A stretch of 55,439 nucleotides of DNA from Nanobdellota archaeon. Its GTDB lineage: Archaea; Nanobdellota; Nanobdellia; Woesearchaeales; WJIZ01. Numbering within the stretch: position 1 is the stretch's first letter; every line of letters begins with the position of its first letter. Shown here piece by piece: positions 27,916 through 37,159 of the stretch. Location of the stretch: NCBI GenBank assembly GCA_023140175.1, contig JAGLMD010000059.1, forward strand, positions 1 through 55,439, read 5' to 3'. The translations under genes and the position numbers were made by a program. A model generated the notes under the pieces. That model ran no database searches. It had not been told where the DNA came from and worked only from the letters and a program-made list of their open reading frames with translations.

Positions 27916-28647
27916 CTAACCAACAGTATGGGTGTGTTTATATCTTGTACCATCTGATTCATATATAATCAATTTTCCATGAGGGGGTTTTATTTGATTA
28001 TCATCTATTTCTTTATTTTCGTCTATTACATCATTGAGAGTGTACCCTTCTAAGATCCATTTTAACAGACCTATTGGGCCCCCATGAGAAGAAATTAAAA
28101 TATGTTCGTCTTCATGGTTTATATTTAAATAATTCAGAAAATCAACAATAGCTTTGTATTTATTTTGAAGGCTTTCCCCCCCTTCAGGAATAAGATCAAC
28201 TGTCCAGACAGGACTTTGACCCCTATAGAGATGACCAAACTTAGGTATTACTTCATCTCTTTTAACTCCAGCAAGATGTCCAAAGCTTCTTTCTTTAATT
28301 CTATCATCTATATTAATTTCACCATCATAAATTGAAGAGGATATACCTTCCAGATTAAGCTGACCATTTTCGAATATTGGATCGCCTTCTGAATTGTATT
28401 TTGGATTGGCCTTTTCCAATGCGAGCAAAGCTGTATCATACGCTCTTCTTAAAGGTGAGCTGTAGACAGTATCAAATTTTACTTTTTCTTTTTTTATGTT
28501 ATCTCTAAGTATCATCGCTTCTAGAACACCTTCTTCGCTTAGTCCTTTATCTACTACACCAATCAGCCTATGCTCTTGGTTATCCTTTGTTTTTCCATGT
28601 CTTAAAAGATATAATGTATTCTCCATATGTATAAGTATTAAGTACAA
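27916..28647 (-). CDS. Histidine phosphatase superfamily (phosphoglycerate mutase-like)
   Basis: It has the catalytic motif LYLLRHGKT and a later SSHGGPI (second His). The start is probably the ATG at 28626 (MENTLYLLRHG). Confidence 0.8.
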   Translation of the reverse strand: MYLILIHMENTLYLLRHGKTKDNQEHRLIGVVDKGLSEEGVLEAMILRDNIKKEKVKFDTVYSSPLRRAYDTALLALEKANPKYNSEGDPIFENGQLNLEGISSSIYDGEINIDDRIKERSFGHLAGVKRDEVIPKFGHLYRGQSPVWTVDLIPEGGESLQNKYKAIVDFLNYLNINHEDEHILISSHGGPIGLLKWILEGYTLNDVIDENKEIDDNQIKPPHGKLIIYESDGTRYKHTHTVG

Positions 28648-28667
28648 TATTTAAATCTTTCTATTTT

Positions 28668-28687
28668 ATACTACTCTATAGTAGTAT
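28668..28687 (-). terminator. 8-bp hairpin immediately after the stop of the 28688..29161 gene
   Basis: ATACTACT (28668-28675) pairs with AGTAGTAT (28680-28687) across a 4-nt loop. Confidence 0.3.
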
Positions 28688-29161
28688 CTAAACTGAGTTC
28701 TTAGCTCTGATATTCTCAAATATATAAATAATTATCAATATAGCTAAAGAAGCCAAAAGCATGAAGTAATATTGATCCTGCCAGAACCAACCAAGTTCTA
28801 GTGCTTTGTAAGATAAGGGCATAAACATGTAGGTTTGTTTTATGAGGTAGTGTTTGTTTGTTAAGTCTAATAGCAGATGGCTTATCCATCCTAATGATAT
28901 TGAAGATATTGTTTTATGTTTCGGATATTTAAAGATAAATGAAATAAGAATTGTAGTTATTATCAATCCGATTGGTGAATGGAGGGGCAATAGGCCGAAG
29001 ATGAAGACATTTTCAGGAATATCAAAGAATAAACCCAATAAGGAGAGCTTATATATCATGTCTGGCAATATTGCTCCTAAAAGAACCAAACTCTTTTTTT
29101 TAACTCTAAGTAATTTCGCCAGAATCAATCCGACTATGATGTGGGTTATTAGATCAGGCAT
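28688..29161 (-). CDS. Membrane-bound metal-dependent hydrolase-like protein (YdjM/DUF457-like)
   Basis: The N-terminus MPDLITHIIVGLILAKLL and four or five TM segments with conserved His positions (SHLLLD) fit this family. Confidence 0.5.
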   Translation of the reverse strand: MPDLITHIIVGLILAKLLRVKKKSLVLLGAILPDMIYKLSLLGLFFDIPENVFIFGLLPLHSPIGLIITTILISFIFKYPKHKTISSISLGWISHLLLDLTNKHYLIKQTYMFMPLSYKALELGWFWQDQYYFMLLASLAILIIIYIFENIRAKNSV

Positions 29162-29597
29162 TTTGGTAAATGCCTCTTTTTGTTATTTTCCATTCTTTTA
29201 AGAGATAGAATACAGTGAAAACTAGAGCCATGAATGAGATTATGTACTTAATATAGTGGTTGGGGCTGTAATGTACATCAAGTAATTCTATATGGCCTTC
29301 TTTTTTGTATAGTCCATGTACAATAACCAAACCGTTTTTTACCGGAGTTATCTTATGGGAATTTGCCTTTACTTCTAATTCTGTTTTTCCAACTATGAAT
29401 ATGAAGTAATCTTCTGTGATATCTTTTATCCTTCCTACTTTTTCAATCTCTATATTGTTGTATTTTTCTGGATTTTTCTTAAATTCTCTCACAGATGGAA
29501 ATAATCTGTTGAAGTGAGTGTAGGAATCATGGCTTACATAAAAGAGCAACAATATTAGAAATAATATAAGGATGAATTTAAATATCTTCTTTGCCAT
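29154..29597 (-). CDS. Hypothetical membrane-anchored protein (N- and C-terminal TM segments flanking a small beta-rich domain)
   Basis: The ORF overlaps its neighbour by 8 nt, and hydrophobic segments sit at both ends. I do not recognise a family. Confidence 0.4.
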   Translation of the reverse strand: MAKKIFKFILILFLILLLFYVSHDSYTHFNRLFPSVREFKKNPEKYNNIEIEKVGRIKDITEDYFIFIVGKTELEVKANSHKITPVKNGLVIVHGLYKKEGHIELLDVHYSPNHYIKYIISFMALVFTVFYLLKEWKITKRGIYQNA

Positions 29598-29608
29598 ATT
29601 ACTCGCTT

Positions 29609-31087
29609 CTATCTCTTATCAAATTTCTTTTCTATAAAGCTTTGATATAAATCCCATTCTGGTGCGAATGAGAAAAACCTCAGTGACCATCTTAGATTAG
29701 CGTCTATCTTCATAATAGGAACAAATATTTCGTATAAGAGCATGTTTGTTCCTGATTTTAGTTTTCTTTTTTTGAATTGTTTTGAATAAAGAGATAACCT
29801 ATGTGTAAAAAATCTAAATCTTGAAATTATTGAGATTGTTTCTAGTTTTTTCTTATAGCTTTTGGTTAGCCAGGGGGTATTATTTGTGTCAGTATATTTC
29901 CATGATGCCCATTCTTCTATGGTGTTTGCGGGCCTGTATCCTGCTTTGACAGCATCATCATATACTGGTGTGCCCGGATATGGGCCATATACAAATAATC
30001 CATTTATTTCAAGCCTGTTACTTATTCTATATAATCTGTCGTAGAAATCTAATGTTTCATACATCTCATTTTTTGTTTCTTTCGGAATGCCTATGATAAA
30101 GCTCATCACTGGCATTATATTATGTTTAATACATTTCTTAGTGGCGATGATAACTTGTTCTGGTGTTATGTCCTTTGTTATCTTTTTCAGCATTGAAGGG
30201 GAGCCGGATTCAACACCTATTGAAAGCAATTCACACTTACTTTCTTTTAGGAGAGCCATGAAATCGTTATCAAATCTTGAGAGATAATCGGCCCTGCAAA
30301 AACTCATCCATTTAAATGACAGCCTATTTTTTATGATACCTTGTGCTATTTTTCTTACTCTTTTATTATCTACAAAGAAATTGTCCTCTACAAAATCTAT
30401 TTTTTTTGGTTTGTATAACTTTACTATCTCTTTTAAGTCTTTTATAACTTTTTCCGGGCTTTTGGCTCTCCATCTTTTTTTGTGGAAATTGAGGCCATAA
30501 CAAAATTTGCACCTATGTGGGCAACCTCTACTAGACTCATAACTAAAATATTCTAAAGATTCTGAATATTTGCTAATATCTATGAGGTCATATGCCGGGA
30601 TATCAAGGTTATCCAAGTCTATGAATTCTCGGTCAGGATTGAAAATTGGCTTGTTGTTTTTCAGGACTACTGTACCCTTTATGTCATCAAATTTCTTCCC
30701 TTTGTATATTTTTTCTAATAGTTCTCTAAAGGTTTCTTCGCCTTCTGACTTTACAATGATATCTACATATTTATTCTTAATAGACTGGTATGGGAAGAAT
30801 GAAACATGTACTCCCCCCCATATCAAAGGAATTTTTGGGTTTTTGTTTCTTATGAATTTACAAAATCTCAATGCTTCCTTTAATGGTGCGCCGGACATTG
30901 AACTTATCCCTATTGCCAGATAATCGTCAGGATTTATTTTTTCTGTATTCTCTATTCTCAAATCTAATACTTCTGGTTTAAAACCTTTTTTTCTTATATA
31001 GCTGGCAATAGCTAAAAGAGACATAGGGAATCTTGGCAGATCCATCTTTGGCCCGGTAAAAACAAGCAATACTTTCTTGGATTTCAT
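29609..31087 (-). CDS. B12-binding-domain radical SAM protein (class B-like), copy 1
   Basis: It has an N-terminal B12-binding-like Rossmann segment and the radical SAM CxxxCxxC motif in SSRGCPHRCKFCYG. Confidence 0.85.
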   Translation of the reverse strand: MKSKKVLLVFTGPKMDLPRFPMSLLAIASYIRKKGFKPEVLDLRIENTEKINPDDYLAIGISSMSGAPLKEALRFCKFIRNKNPKIPLIWGGVHVSFFPYQSIKNKYVDIIVKSEGEETFRELLEKIYKGKKFDDIKGTVVLKNNKPIFNPDREFIDLDNLDIPAYDLIDISKYSESLEYFSYESSRGCPHRCKFCYGLNFHKKRWRAKSPEKVIKDLKEIVKLYKPKKIDFVEDNFFVDNKRVRKIAQGIIKNRLSFKWMSFCRADYLSRFDNDFMALLKESKCELLSIGVESGSPSMLKKITKDITPEQVIIATKKCIKHNIMPVMSFIIGIPKETKNEMYETLDFYDRLYRISNRLEINGLFVYGPYPGTPVYDDAVKAGYRPANTIEEWASWKYTDTNNTPWLTKSYKKKLETISIISRFRFFTHRLSLYSKQFKKRKLKSGTNMLLYEIFVPIMKIDANLRWSLRFFSFAPEWDLYQSFIEKKFDKR

Positions 31088-31253
31088 TTTCTTTATGTTA
31101 TTTATCGAGAGAATGTAAGGATTATATTTAACCTTTTCTGTGTTGTTTTAATTATAAGATATTTCACTTAAATAACAAAAAATATATAAAACAGGGGAAA
31201 ACATAAATCTCAATATGTTTAAGTTTTGATTGTACTTCAATTAACTGAGTAAT

Positions 31254-31790
31254 ATGGATAAGAAGAAACTAAATTTGGGATGTGGAACAAAGACAATGGA
31301 TGGTTTTATCAATCTGGATAAAATAAATGCTCCTGGAGTAAATGTTACACATGACCTTGATGATTTTCCTTATCCATTTGGAGATGATTCATTGGATTAT
31401 ATAATAACAGAGCATGTTCTTGAACATATTGGGAAATATCACGAAACAATAAAGGAACTTGTAAGAATTTTGAAGCCAAGGGGTATTCTTGAGGTTGTTG
31501 TTCCTTATACAACCTTTTTCTGCTCTGAATTTCATCATAGGTTTTTTAGATTCAACTCTTTACATTTGCATAGAAAAGTCACGTCTTTGGAGAAGTTAGA
31601 GTTATATAAAAACTTGAAGACCATCAAGAGAAAACTTGAGTTTGATAAGAAGTTTCCTTTTTGGTATAATTATATTCCTGAAATTTTATTTAATTTACAT
31701 CCAATGGTAAGCCAGTTTTATGAGAAGACATTTTTTAGATACTTGTTTCCTGCTGCAACTATAAGGTTTATTTTAAAGAAGAAAATATAA
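31254..31790 (+). CDS. Small class I SAM-dependent methyltransferase (Methyltransf_11-like)
   Basis: It contains LNLGCGTKTMDGFINLD and ITEHVLEHI. It is a paralogue of 37156..37725. Confidence 0.7.
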   Translation: MDKKKLNLGCGTKTMDGFINLDKINAPGVNVTHDLDDFPYPFGDDSLDYIITEHVLEHIGKYHETIKELVRILKPRGILEVVVPYTTFFCSEFHHRFFRFNSLHLHRKVTSLEKLELYKNLKTIKRKLEFDKKFPFWYNYIPEILFNLHPMVSQFYEKTFFRYLFPAATIRFILKKKI

Positions 31791-31824
31791 TTTGTTATAT
31801 TAATATGGGTATTATGGGATTATT

Positions 31825-32571
31825 ATGACTAAGAAAATCAGTTCAGATAGTATAGAAAGATGGGAGCCGAAATATAAGAAGGCATTTCTTGAGAAAAGAA
31901 TGAGGAAAAGAAATATAGCAATTAATAAAGCAAGAATAATCTACTTTCTAGTTGGAGATATAATCAAGAAGAGCAATAAGATTATAGATTTGGGGGGCGG
32001 AGATGGTTCAATAAGAAAAGAACTGGAATTAATGAGCAAAAAGACCATAATAGGTACTGATTTGAATGCGGGGGGGCTTCAATATTCAAAGAATTTCTAT
32101 CAATGTGATGCATCTGATACCCCATTTAAGGATGAGGAGTTTGATTTTGTAATTTCTAATGGCCTTTATGAGCATATACCGAAAAATAAGCAACTTAAAT
32201 CTATCAAAGAGGCATATAGGATATTAAAAAAGGGGGGTTATATGTATTTTTTTACATGCAGTAAATATAGCATAATTGAGCCGCATACTCATCTTCCTTT
32301 CTTGGGGTGCATCCCCCAGCCTTTGGCCACACTAATTGCACGCGTGATTGGGGGAAGAAAAGTTTTTGATGTTTACTCACCTTCTTATGATGGGCTTATA
32401 AAGGATCTGTCAAAGTATTTTGTTGTAAATGATATAACTTTAGATTTAGTCTATAAGAAGAACAACCTATCTATTTCTAATAAAAGGATATTATCTAAAT
32501 TACCTAGGATAATTAATAAGATGTTATTAAGAGTCAGTCCAAGCATTAAACTTTTATGCCGTAAAATGTAG
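31825..32571 (+). CDS. Class I SAM-dependent methyltransferase
   Basis: It contains IIDLGGGDGSI, FDFVISNGLYEHIP and LKKGGYMYF. Confidence 0.75.
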   Translation: MTKKISSDSIERWEPKYKKAFLEKRMRKRNIAINKARIIYFLVGDIIKKSNKIIDLGGGDGSIRKELELMSKKTIIGTDLNAGGLQYSKNFYQCDASDTPFKDEEFDFVISNGLYEHIPKNKQLKSIKEAYRILKKGGYMYFFTCSKYSIIEPHTHLPFLGCIPQPLATLIARVIGGRKVFDVYSPSYDGLIKDLSKYFVVNDITLDLVYKKNNLSISNKRILSKLPRIINKMLLRVSPSIKLLCRKM

Positions 32572-32587
32572 AATAAGTGTTTCTATC

Positions 32588-32626
32588 GATAATTGCACTA
32601 ATTAGTATAAAATAGGTGCAATTATC
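32588..32626. terminator. Perfect 11-bp inverted repeat between convergent genes (bidirectional terminator-like hairpin)
   Basis: GATAATTGCAC (32588-32598) pairs with GTGCAATTATC (32616-32626) across a 17-nt loop. A third partial copy, GAATTGCA, follows. Confidence 0.4.
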
Positions 32627-32660
32627 AATCTAGTGAATTGCATTAAATAATATACACTAA

Positions 32661-33608
32661 TCATCGCAATTCATGATATGTTAGTTCTTTTGTTTTTACT
32701 TTTTTTGCCAAAAAAATAAGTGCCAGAAAACCAATTGAATATTTCATAATAAGGCCAACTATATATCTGCTTATTATTATTGGACTTGTGATTCCTATAC
32801 CTATATAAATCCAAGTCCCGAATGATTCCTTTATGCCAAGCCCATTTATTGTAATCGGTATTAGGGCAATAATCATTTCCATACATGCCACTAAGTAAAT
32901 AATCCATATGGATATATCCATGCCTAGGGAGAGGAAGATAAGATATATTGCAACCACACCAGAGAATATGCTGATAATAGTTAGTACAAAGTTGGTGATT
33001 AATGCAGCCTTATATGACTTGAAATATTTAAAAAATGTTTTAGAAAATCCCCTAAACTTTATGGCATATTTTCTTAGGATATATTTCTTTATTATTTCTC
33101 TGCTTTTTGATGAGACTAACAGGAATATTATTGTTGAAAACATAATTAGCAGGGCGATTGCAAGATTAAAGGCATATGTTTTACCTATAAGGAGAACAAA
33201 CCCAACCACAGAAAAAATAGATATTACTGCAAGAGTAATTAACTTATTAATTAGTATTATGCTAGTGCTTTTTCCTATTTCTATATTGTTATCTTTTTTT
33301 AGAAAATACACTAAAGAGAATTGTCCGATCTTTCCTGGAGTTAATAATCCTATTGATTGGCTTATCAGATAATGCTTAAAGAATCTCCAATTACCTATTT
33401 TTATGTTAATCTTATCAAAAAGGAGTTTTAAGGCAATAGAGCCCATAAATGGGCCTAATAAATATGTAAGCACAATCGGAAATATGTAAATTATCTTGAT
33501 AGTGCTTAATACTTCGATTATTTTACTGATTCCTACTTTCTGAAATAGTAAAGTAAGAATAGCGAGTCCGAAAATTAATCTTAGTATATTCCAATATTTA
33601 TTTTTCAT
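32661..33608 (-). CDS. Flippase-like / LPG-synthase-TM (UPF0104) family polytopic membrane protein
   Basis: It has about 8 TM segments and the N-terminus KYWNILRLIFGLAILTLLFQKVGISKIIEVL, typical of this family. It lies directly downstream of a GT2. Confidence 0.6.
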   Translation of the reverse strand: MKNKYWNILRLIFGLAILTLLFQKVGISKIIEVLSTIKIIYIFPIVLTYLLGPFMGSIALKLLFDKINIKIGNWRFFKHYLISQSIGLLTPGKIGQFSLVYFLKKDNNIEIGKSTSIILINKLITLAVISIFSVVGFVLLIGKTYAFNLAIALLIMFSTIIFLLVSSKSREIIKKYILRKYAIKFRGFSKTFFKYFKSYKAALITNFVLTIISIFSGVVAIYLIFLSLGMDISIWIIYLVACMEMIIALIPITINGLGIKESFGTWIYIGIGITSPIIISRYIVGLIMKYSIGFLALIFLAKKVKTKELTYHELR

Positions 33609-33620
33609 CTCTTCTGACCT

Positions 33621-34505
33621 TTATTTTTTATTCATATCAGCAAGAAAACCAAACACTATGATCTGAATGCCTGCAATTAGCAGTAATGAACTTAAAATAA
33701 CCCTTGGTGTGCCTCCGGCAGCCCCTGTTTTTAGGATATTATATACTATCCAGACACCGATTAACGTTCCAAGAATGATAAAAAATCCCCCTATGGAACC
33801 AAAAAATTTCATAGGTTCATAGTCACGATATATTCTCAGGATATTTAACCATGCTTTTATTGCGTAGTCTATCGGGCCTTTCATAAGCCTGCTTTTACTT
33901 CCTATTCTCCTATTGAATGTTATGGGTACTTCTTTTATTCTGAATTTATGTTTTGCAGCTTTTATAATCTGTTCCTGGGTGTATGTATGTGTAGATATTA
34001 TCTTTATATCTCCTGCAACTTTTTTTGTGAAAGCCCTGAATCCTGTCTGACCGTCTGTTATTTTTATTCTGCATATGTTTGATATAACTTTTGAGAATGC
34101 CTTATTTCCCCACCTTTTTATTTGGGACATCTGCTCTATCTTTCCTTTGAACCTGCTTCCTAAAACTAAATCACAGCCAGATTCTATCTCTTTTATAAGT
34201 AAGGGGATTTCTTTTGCACTATACTGACCGTCTGCATCAATATGCACTATTACATCTGCTTCCATGGCAAGGCTTTTTTCTATCTCTGTCTTGAAGGTTT
34301 CTGCAAGACCATAGTTAGTGGGATGATTAATTATGGCGGCTCCTTTATTTTTAGCTATTTCTGCTGTGTTATCTTTAGAGCCATCATTAACCACCAGCAA
34401 TTTATAGCTATACTTTGTTTTTCCCATTACCTCTTTGATATCAGAGATAACCTTACCTATAGTCTTAGCTTCATTGTACGCTGGAATAGTTACAACTACT
34501 TTCAT
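33621..34505 (-). CDS. GT2 glycosyltransferase (polyprenyl/dolichyl-phosphate sugar synthase-like) with C-terminal TM segments
   Basis: It contains VTIPAYNEAKTI, LLVVNDGSKDNT and HIDADGQY, and has two C-terminal TM helices. Confidence 0.85.
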   Translation of the reverse strand: MKVVVTIPAYNEAKTIGKVISDIKEVMGKTKYSYKLLVVNDGSKDNTAEIAKNKGAAIINHPTNYGLAETFKTEIEKSLAMEADVIVHIDADGQYSAKEIPLLIKEIESGCDLVLGSRFKGKIEQMSQIKRWGNKAFSKVISNICRIKITDGQTGFRAFTKKVAGDIKIISTHTYTQEQIIKAAKHKFRIKEVPITFNRRIGSKSRLMKGPIDYAIKAWLNILRIYRDYEPMKFFGSIGGFFIILGTLIGVWIVYNILKTGAAGGTPRVILSSLLLIAGIQIIVFGFLADMNKK

Positions 34506-34564
34506 ATTCTCTATAAAAGATAAACTATTTAAATAGGTTTCGAATAGTTTATATGGGGAATTGA

Positions 34565-36418
34565 ATGGGTTTTTTAACTATACTATTGTTTTTTATTTAT
34601 ACATATGGGATGGGTTTTAGTACGACTTTTTTTCTTAATTATAAAGGAAATTTTCTAGAGAGAAATATCATGAGAGTGGGGCTGGGGCTGGCTATTTTTG
34701 TGTTTATAAGCGTGCTTTTTGGTATTGTAGGGGTTCCGCTTGACTGGAAGATCTTTTTCATATTGTCAGTTATAGGCCCAATAATTTTTGTGTCTTTTAA
34801 TTATACAAAATTTAAGATACCTATAATAAAATTAAAGAAATCCCATTTATATGTTCTTGCAGTTATTTGTATGTTTTTTATTACTCTTTCTGTTTACAAT
34901 AAAGGGTCTTTCAGCTATTCCTGGATGGAGGATGATGACTCCTGGAATCATGCAACAGGTGTAAAATATGTTACGATCCAGAGAACAATTAAAGGTGATC
35001 CTCCTGCACAATATATCGATCCTTATCCTCCGGGCTATGATATCTTGATGGGGGTGCTTCATCAAACCGAACCATCTTTACAATGGACATTGAAATTTTT
35101 TAATAATCTTATAATTGCTTTAGGCATACTTTTTTTCTATTTCTTTGTTCTGCATTTCACAGGAAAAAGAGGAACTGCATTATTCTCAACTTTTGTCCTT
35201 TTTTCTATTCCTTCATATCTCAGCCACTTTATCTGGGCGCATACTCTTGTTGTTACTCTTTTTTTGGTTTCGCTTTACTGTATAGAGATGATTAAGAAAG
35301 ACAAGAGATGGATATATGCTGCTATTGTTGCTATTGCAAGTACCTGGCTTGTCCAGCCTACAAATCCATTGAAATTCTTTGTATTGTTTGTGGTCTATGT
35401 TTCTGTTAAATGTATTGTTGAAAAGAAGGTCAAATGGGATTTGATAACAGCAGTTATTGGAGGCTACTTGCTTGCTTTTATATGGTGGTTTAATCATTTA
35501 GAAGGCATACTTCCTGGAAAGGTGAAGAGTGCTGTTGAAGCTTCTTCCGCATCTGGAGGGGGATTTTTTGCTACTATGTTTTCATTTGTTCAGAAAGCAT
35601 TTCCGCCAAGCAGCGGAACAGCAACAAGGGCATATACATTTAGGGAGATTGTATTTGTACAACACAACAATATGATAAATAATCCAATAGGCATAGGCCT
35701 CTTTATCTCTATTCTAATTGCTCTTGGTACAGTAGCTATATTATTGAGTTATAAAGGCTTAAAGAAAGAAGAAAATTCCTGGAAAATCATTGCTTTGATT
35801 TGTGCTATTCTTACTTTCCTGGGATTTAATACAATGACTTTTAATCTGCCAATTGGATTTATTTCATTTAGGTTTTGGATGCTTTTTGCCTTATTTGGCT
35901 CAATAGTTGCTGCAGAAGGCATTTGGTTATTGTTTGGTCTTTTTAAGAGGTATAAGTTTCTTATTCTGAGTGTATTTGCTATTGGTATATTGTTAACGTC
36001 CGCGCATCAGAAATATTCTGTTAATACTGTCATTTGGCCCCCTGGTTTGGGTTGGGCTTTTTATCCCCCGCCAAATCATCCATATCAGGAAGCTATTGAT
36101 TATGCTTGGATTAAGGATAATTTACCAATTGACACTAATATATTTACTTTTGTGGATAGTTATGTTTTGGGTTTTGATATGTATGCGTGCCTTTGGTGTG
36201 AAGATATCAACAAGTATAGGGAAACTGCAATAAACCAAACAGCTTCTGACTTAAATCTTTGGCTGAAATCAAAAGGAATTGAATACCTTATTATTGATCA
36301 GAGAGCAGTCAGGAAATATGGTGTGGATGTTGTAAATAATAAATTACAAGAACTTTTAGGTTCTGGTGGATTTACACTTACCCATAGAAATTCTATGTTT
36401 GTGCTAAAGGTAGTTTAA
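34565..36418 (+). CDS. Large polytopic membrane protein, GT-C-like (ArnT/PMT-like) putative glycosyltransferase
   Basis: It has more than 10 TM segments, an acidic first-loop motif (MEDDDSWNH) and a soluble C-terminal domain. There is no WWDxG motif, so it is not AglB. Confidence 0.5.
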   Translation: MGFLTILLFFIYTYGMGFSTTFFLNYKGNFLERNIMRVGLGLAIFVFISVLFGIVGVPLDWKIFFILSVIGPIIFVSFNYTKFKIPIIKLKKSHLYVLAVICMFFITLSVYNKGSFSYSWMEDDDSWNHATGVKYVTIQRTIKGDPPAQYIDPYPPGYDILMGVLHQTEPSLQWTLKFFNNLIIALGILFFYFFVLHFTGKRGTALFSTFVLFSIPSYLSHFIWAHTLVVTLFLVSLYCIEMIKKDKRWIYAAIVAIASTWLVQPTNPLKFFVLFVVYVSVKCIVEKKVKWDLITAVIGGYLLAFIWWFNHLEGILPGKVKSAVEASSASGGGFFATMFSFVQKAFPPSSGTATRAYTFREIVFVQHNNMINNPIGIGLFISILIALGTVAILLSYKGLKKEENSWKIIALICAILTFLGFNTMTFNLPIGFISFRFWMLFALFGSIVAAEGIWLLFGLFKRYKFLILSVFAIGILLTSAHQKYSVNTVIWPPGLGWAFYPPPNHPYQEAIDYAWIKDNLPIDTNIFTFVDSYVLGFDMYACLWCEDINKYRETAINQTASDLNLWLKSKGIEYLIIDQRAVRKYGVDVVNNKLQELLGSGGFTLTHRNSMFVLKVV

Positions 36419-36430
36419 GTGGAGGATAAA

Positions 36431-37159
36431 ATGGCTGTATCATTTTTTTTGCCTTTTTACAATGAAGCAAGAATATTAGAGAAGAATGTACTTTGTATAT
36501 ATAATGAGCTTTTGAAATTAAAAAAGGATTTTGAGCTAGTTCTAGTGGATGATAGCTCTACCGATAATTGCCCTAAAATAGGGCAAAAATTATCTAAAAA
36601 GAAGAGTATAAGATATCTTAGGTTTGATAATGGCCCTTCAAGGAGGGAAAATCTAGCACTTGCTTTGAAAGAGGCAAGATATGAGATAGTGGCATTTTCA
36701 GATATTGACTTATCTACAGATCTTAAATACCTGCCTAGATTGATTAATGAGATAAGCAAAGGAGTGGATATAGCAACAGGGAGCAGATATTTATCTATAA
36801 AACCAAAAAGAGGAGTATTAAGGGCAATATACAGCACAGCCTATAATTCATTTTTAAGATTTTATTTTTCTTCAAGAGTAAAGGATCATCAATGTGGTTT
36901 TAAGGCATTTAGAAAGTCAGCTTTAATTTCTTTGCTAGAAGAGATGAGATATGATAAGAGTTTCAGGAGGGGGTGGTTCTGGGATGCAGAATTACTTATA
37001 AGAGCACAGAAAAATGGATTAAGGGTATCGGAGTTTCCAGTCAACTGGAAAACTGGTTCGAGTAGTACATTTGAAATCAGCAGAGAAATACTGATAATTC
37101 CATATATTTTTAAATTCAAGGAGAAACTTAAAAGATATAAAGGAAGGAAAGTAAAATGA
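36431..37159 (+). CDS. GT2 glycosyltransferase (polyprenyl-phosphate sugar synthase-like)
   Basis: It contains FFLPFYNEARIL, LVLVDDSSTDN and SDIDLST. The ATG at 36431 is preceded by GGAGG. The longest ORF would use a GTG at 36419. Confidence 0.8.
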   Translation: MAVSFFLPFYNEARILEKNVLCIYNELLKLKKDFELVLVDDSSTDNCPKIGQKLSKKKSIRYLRFDNGPSRRENLALALKEARYEIVAFSDIDLSTDLKYLPRLINEISKGVDIATGSRYLSIKPKRGVLRAIYSTAYNSFLRFYFSSRVKDHQCGFKAFRKSALISLLEEMRYDKSFRRGWFWDAELLIRAQKNGLRVSEFPVNWKTGSSSTFEISREILIIPYIFKFKEKLKRYKGRKVK

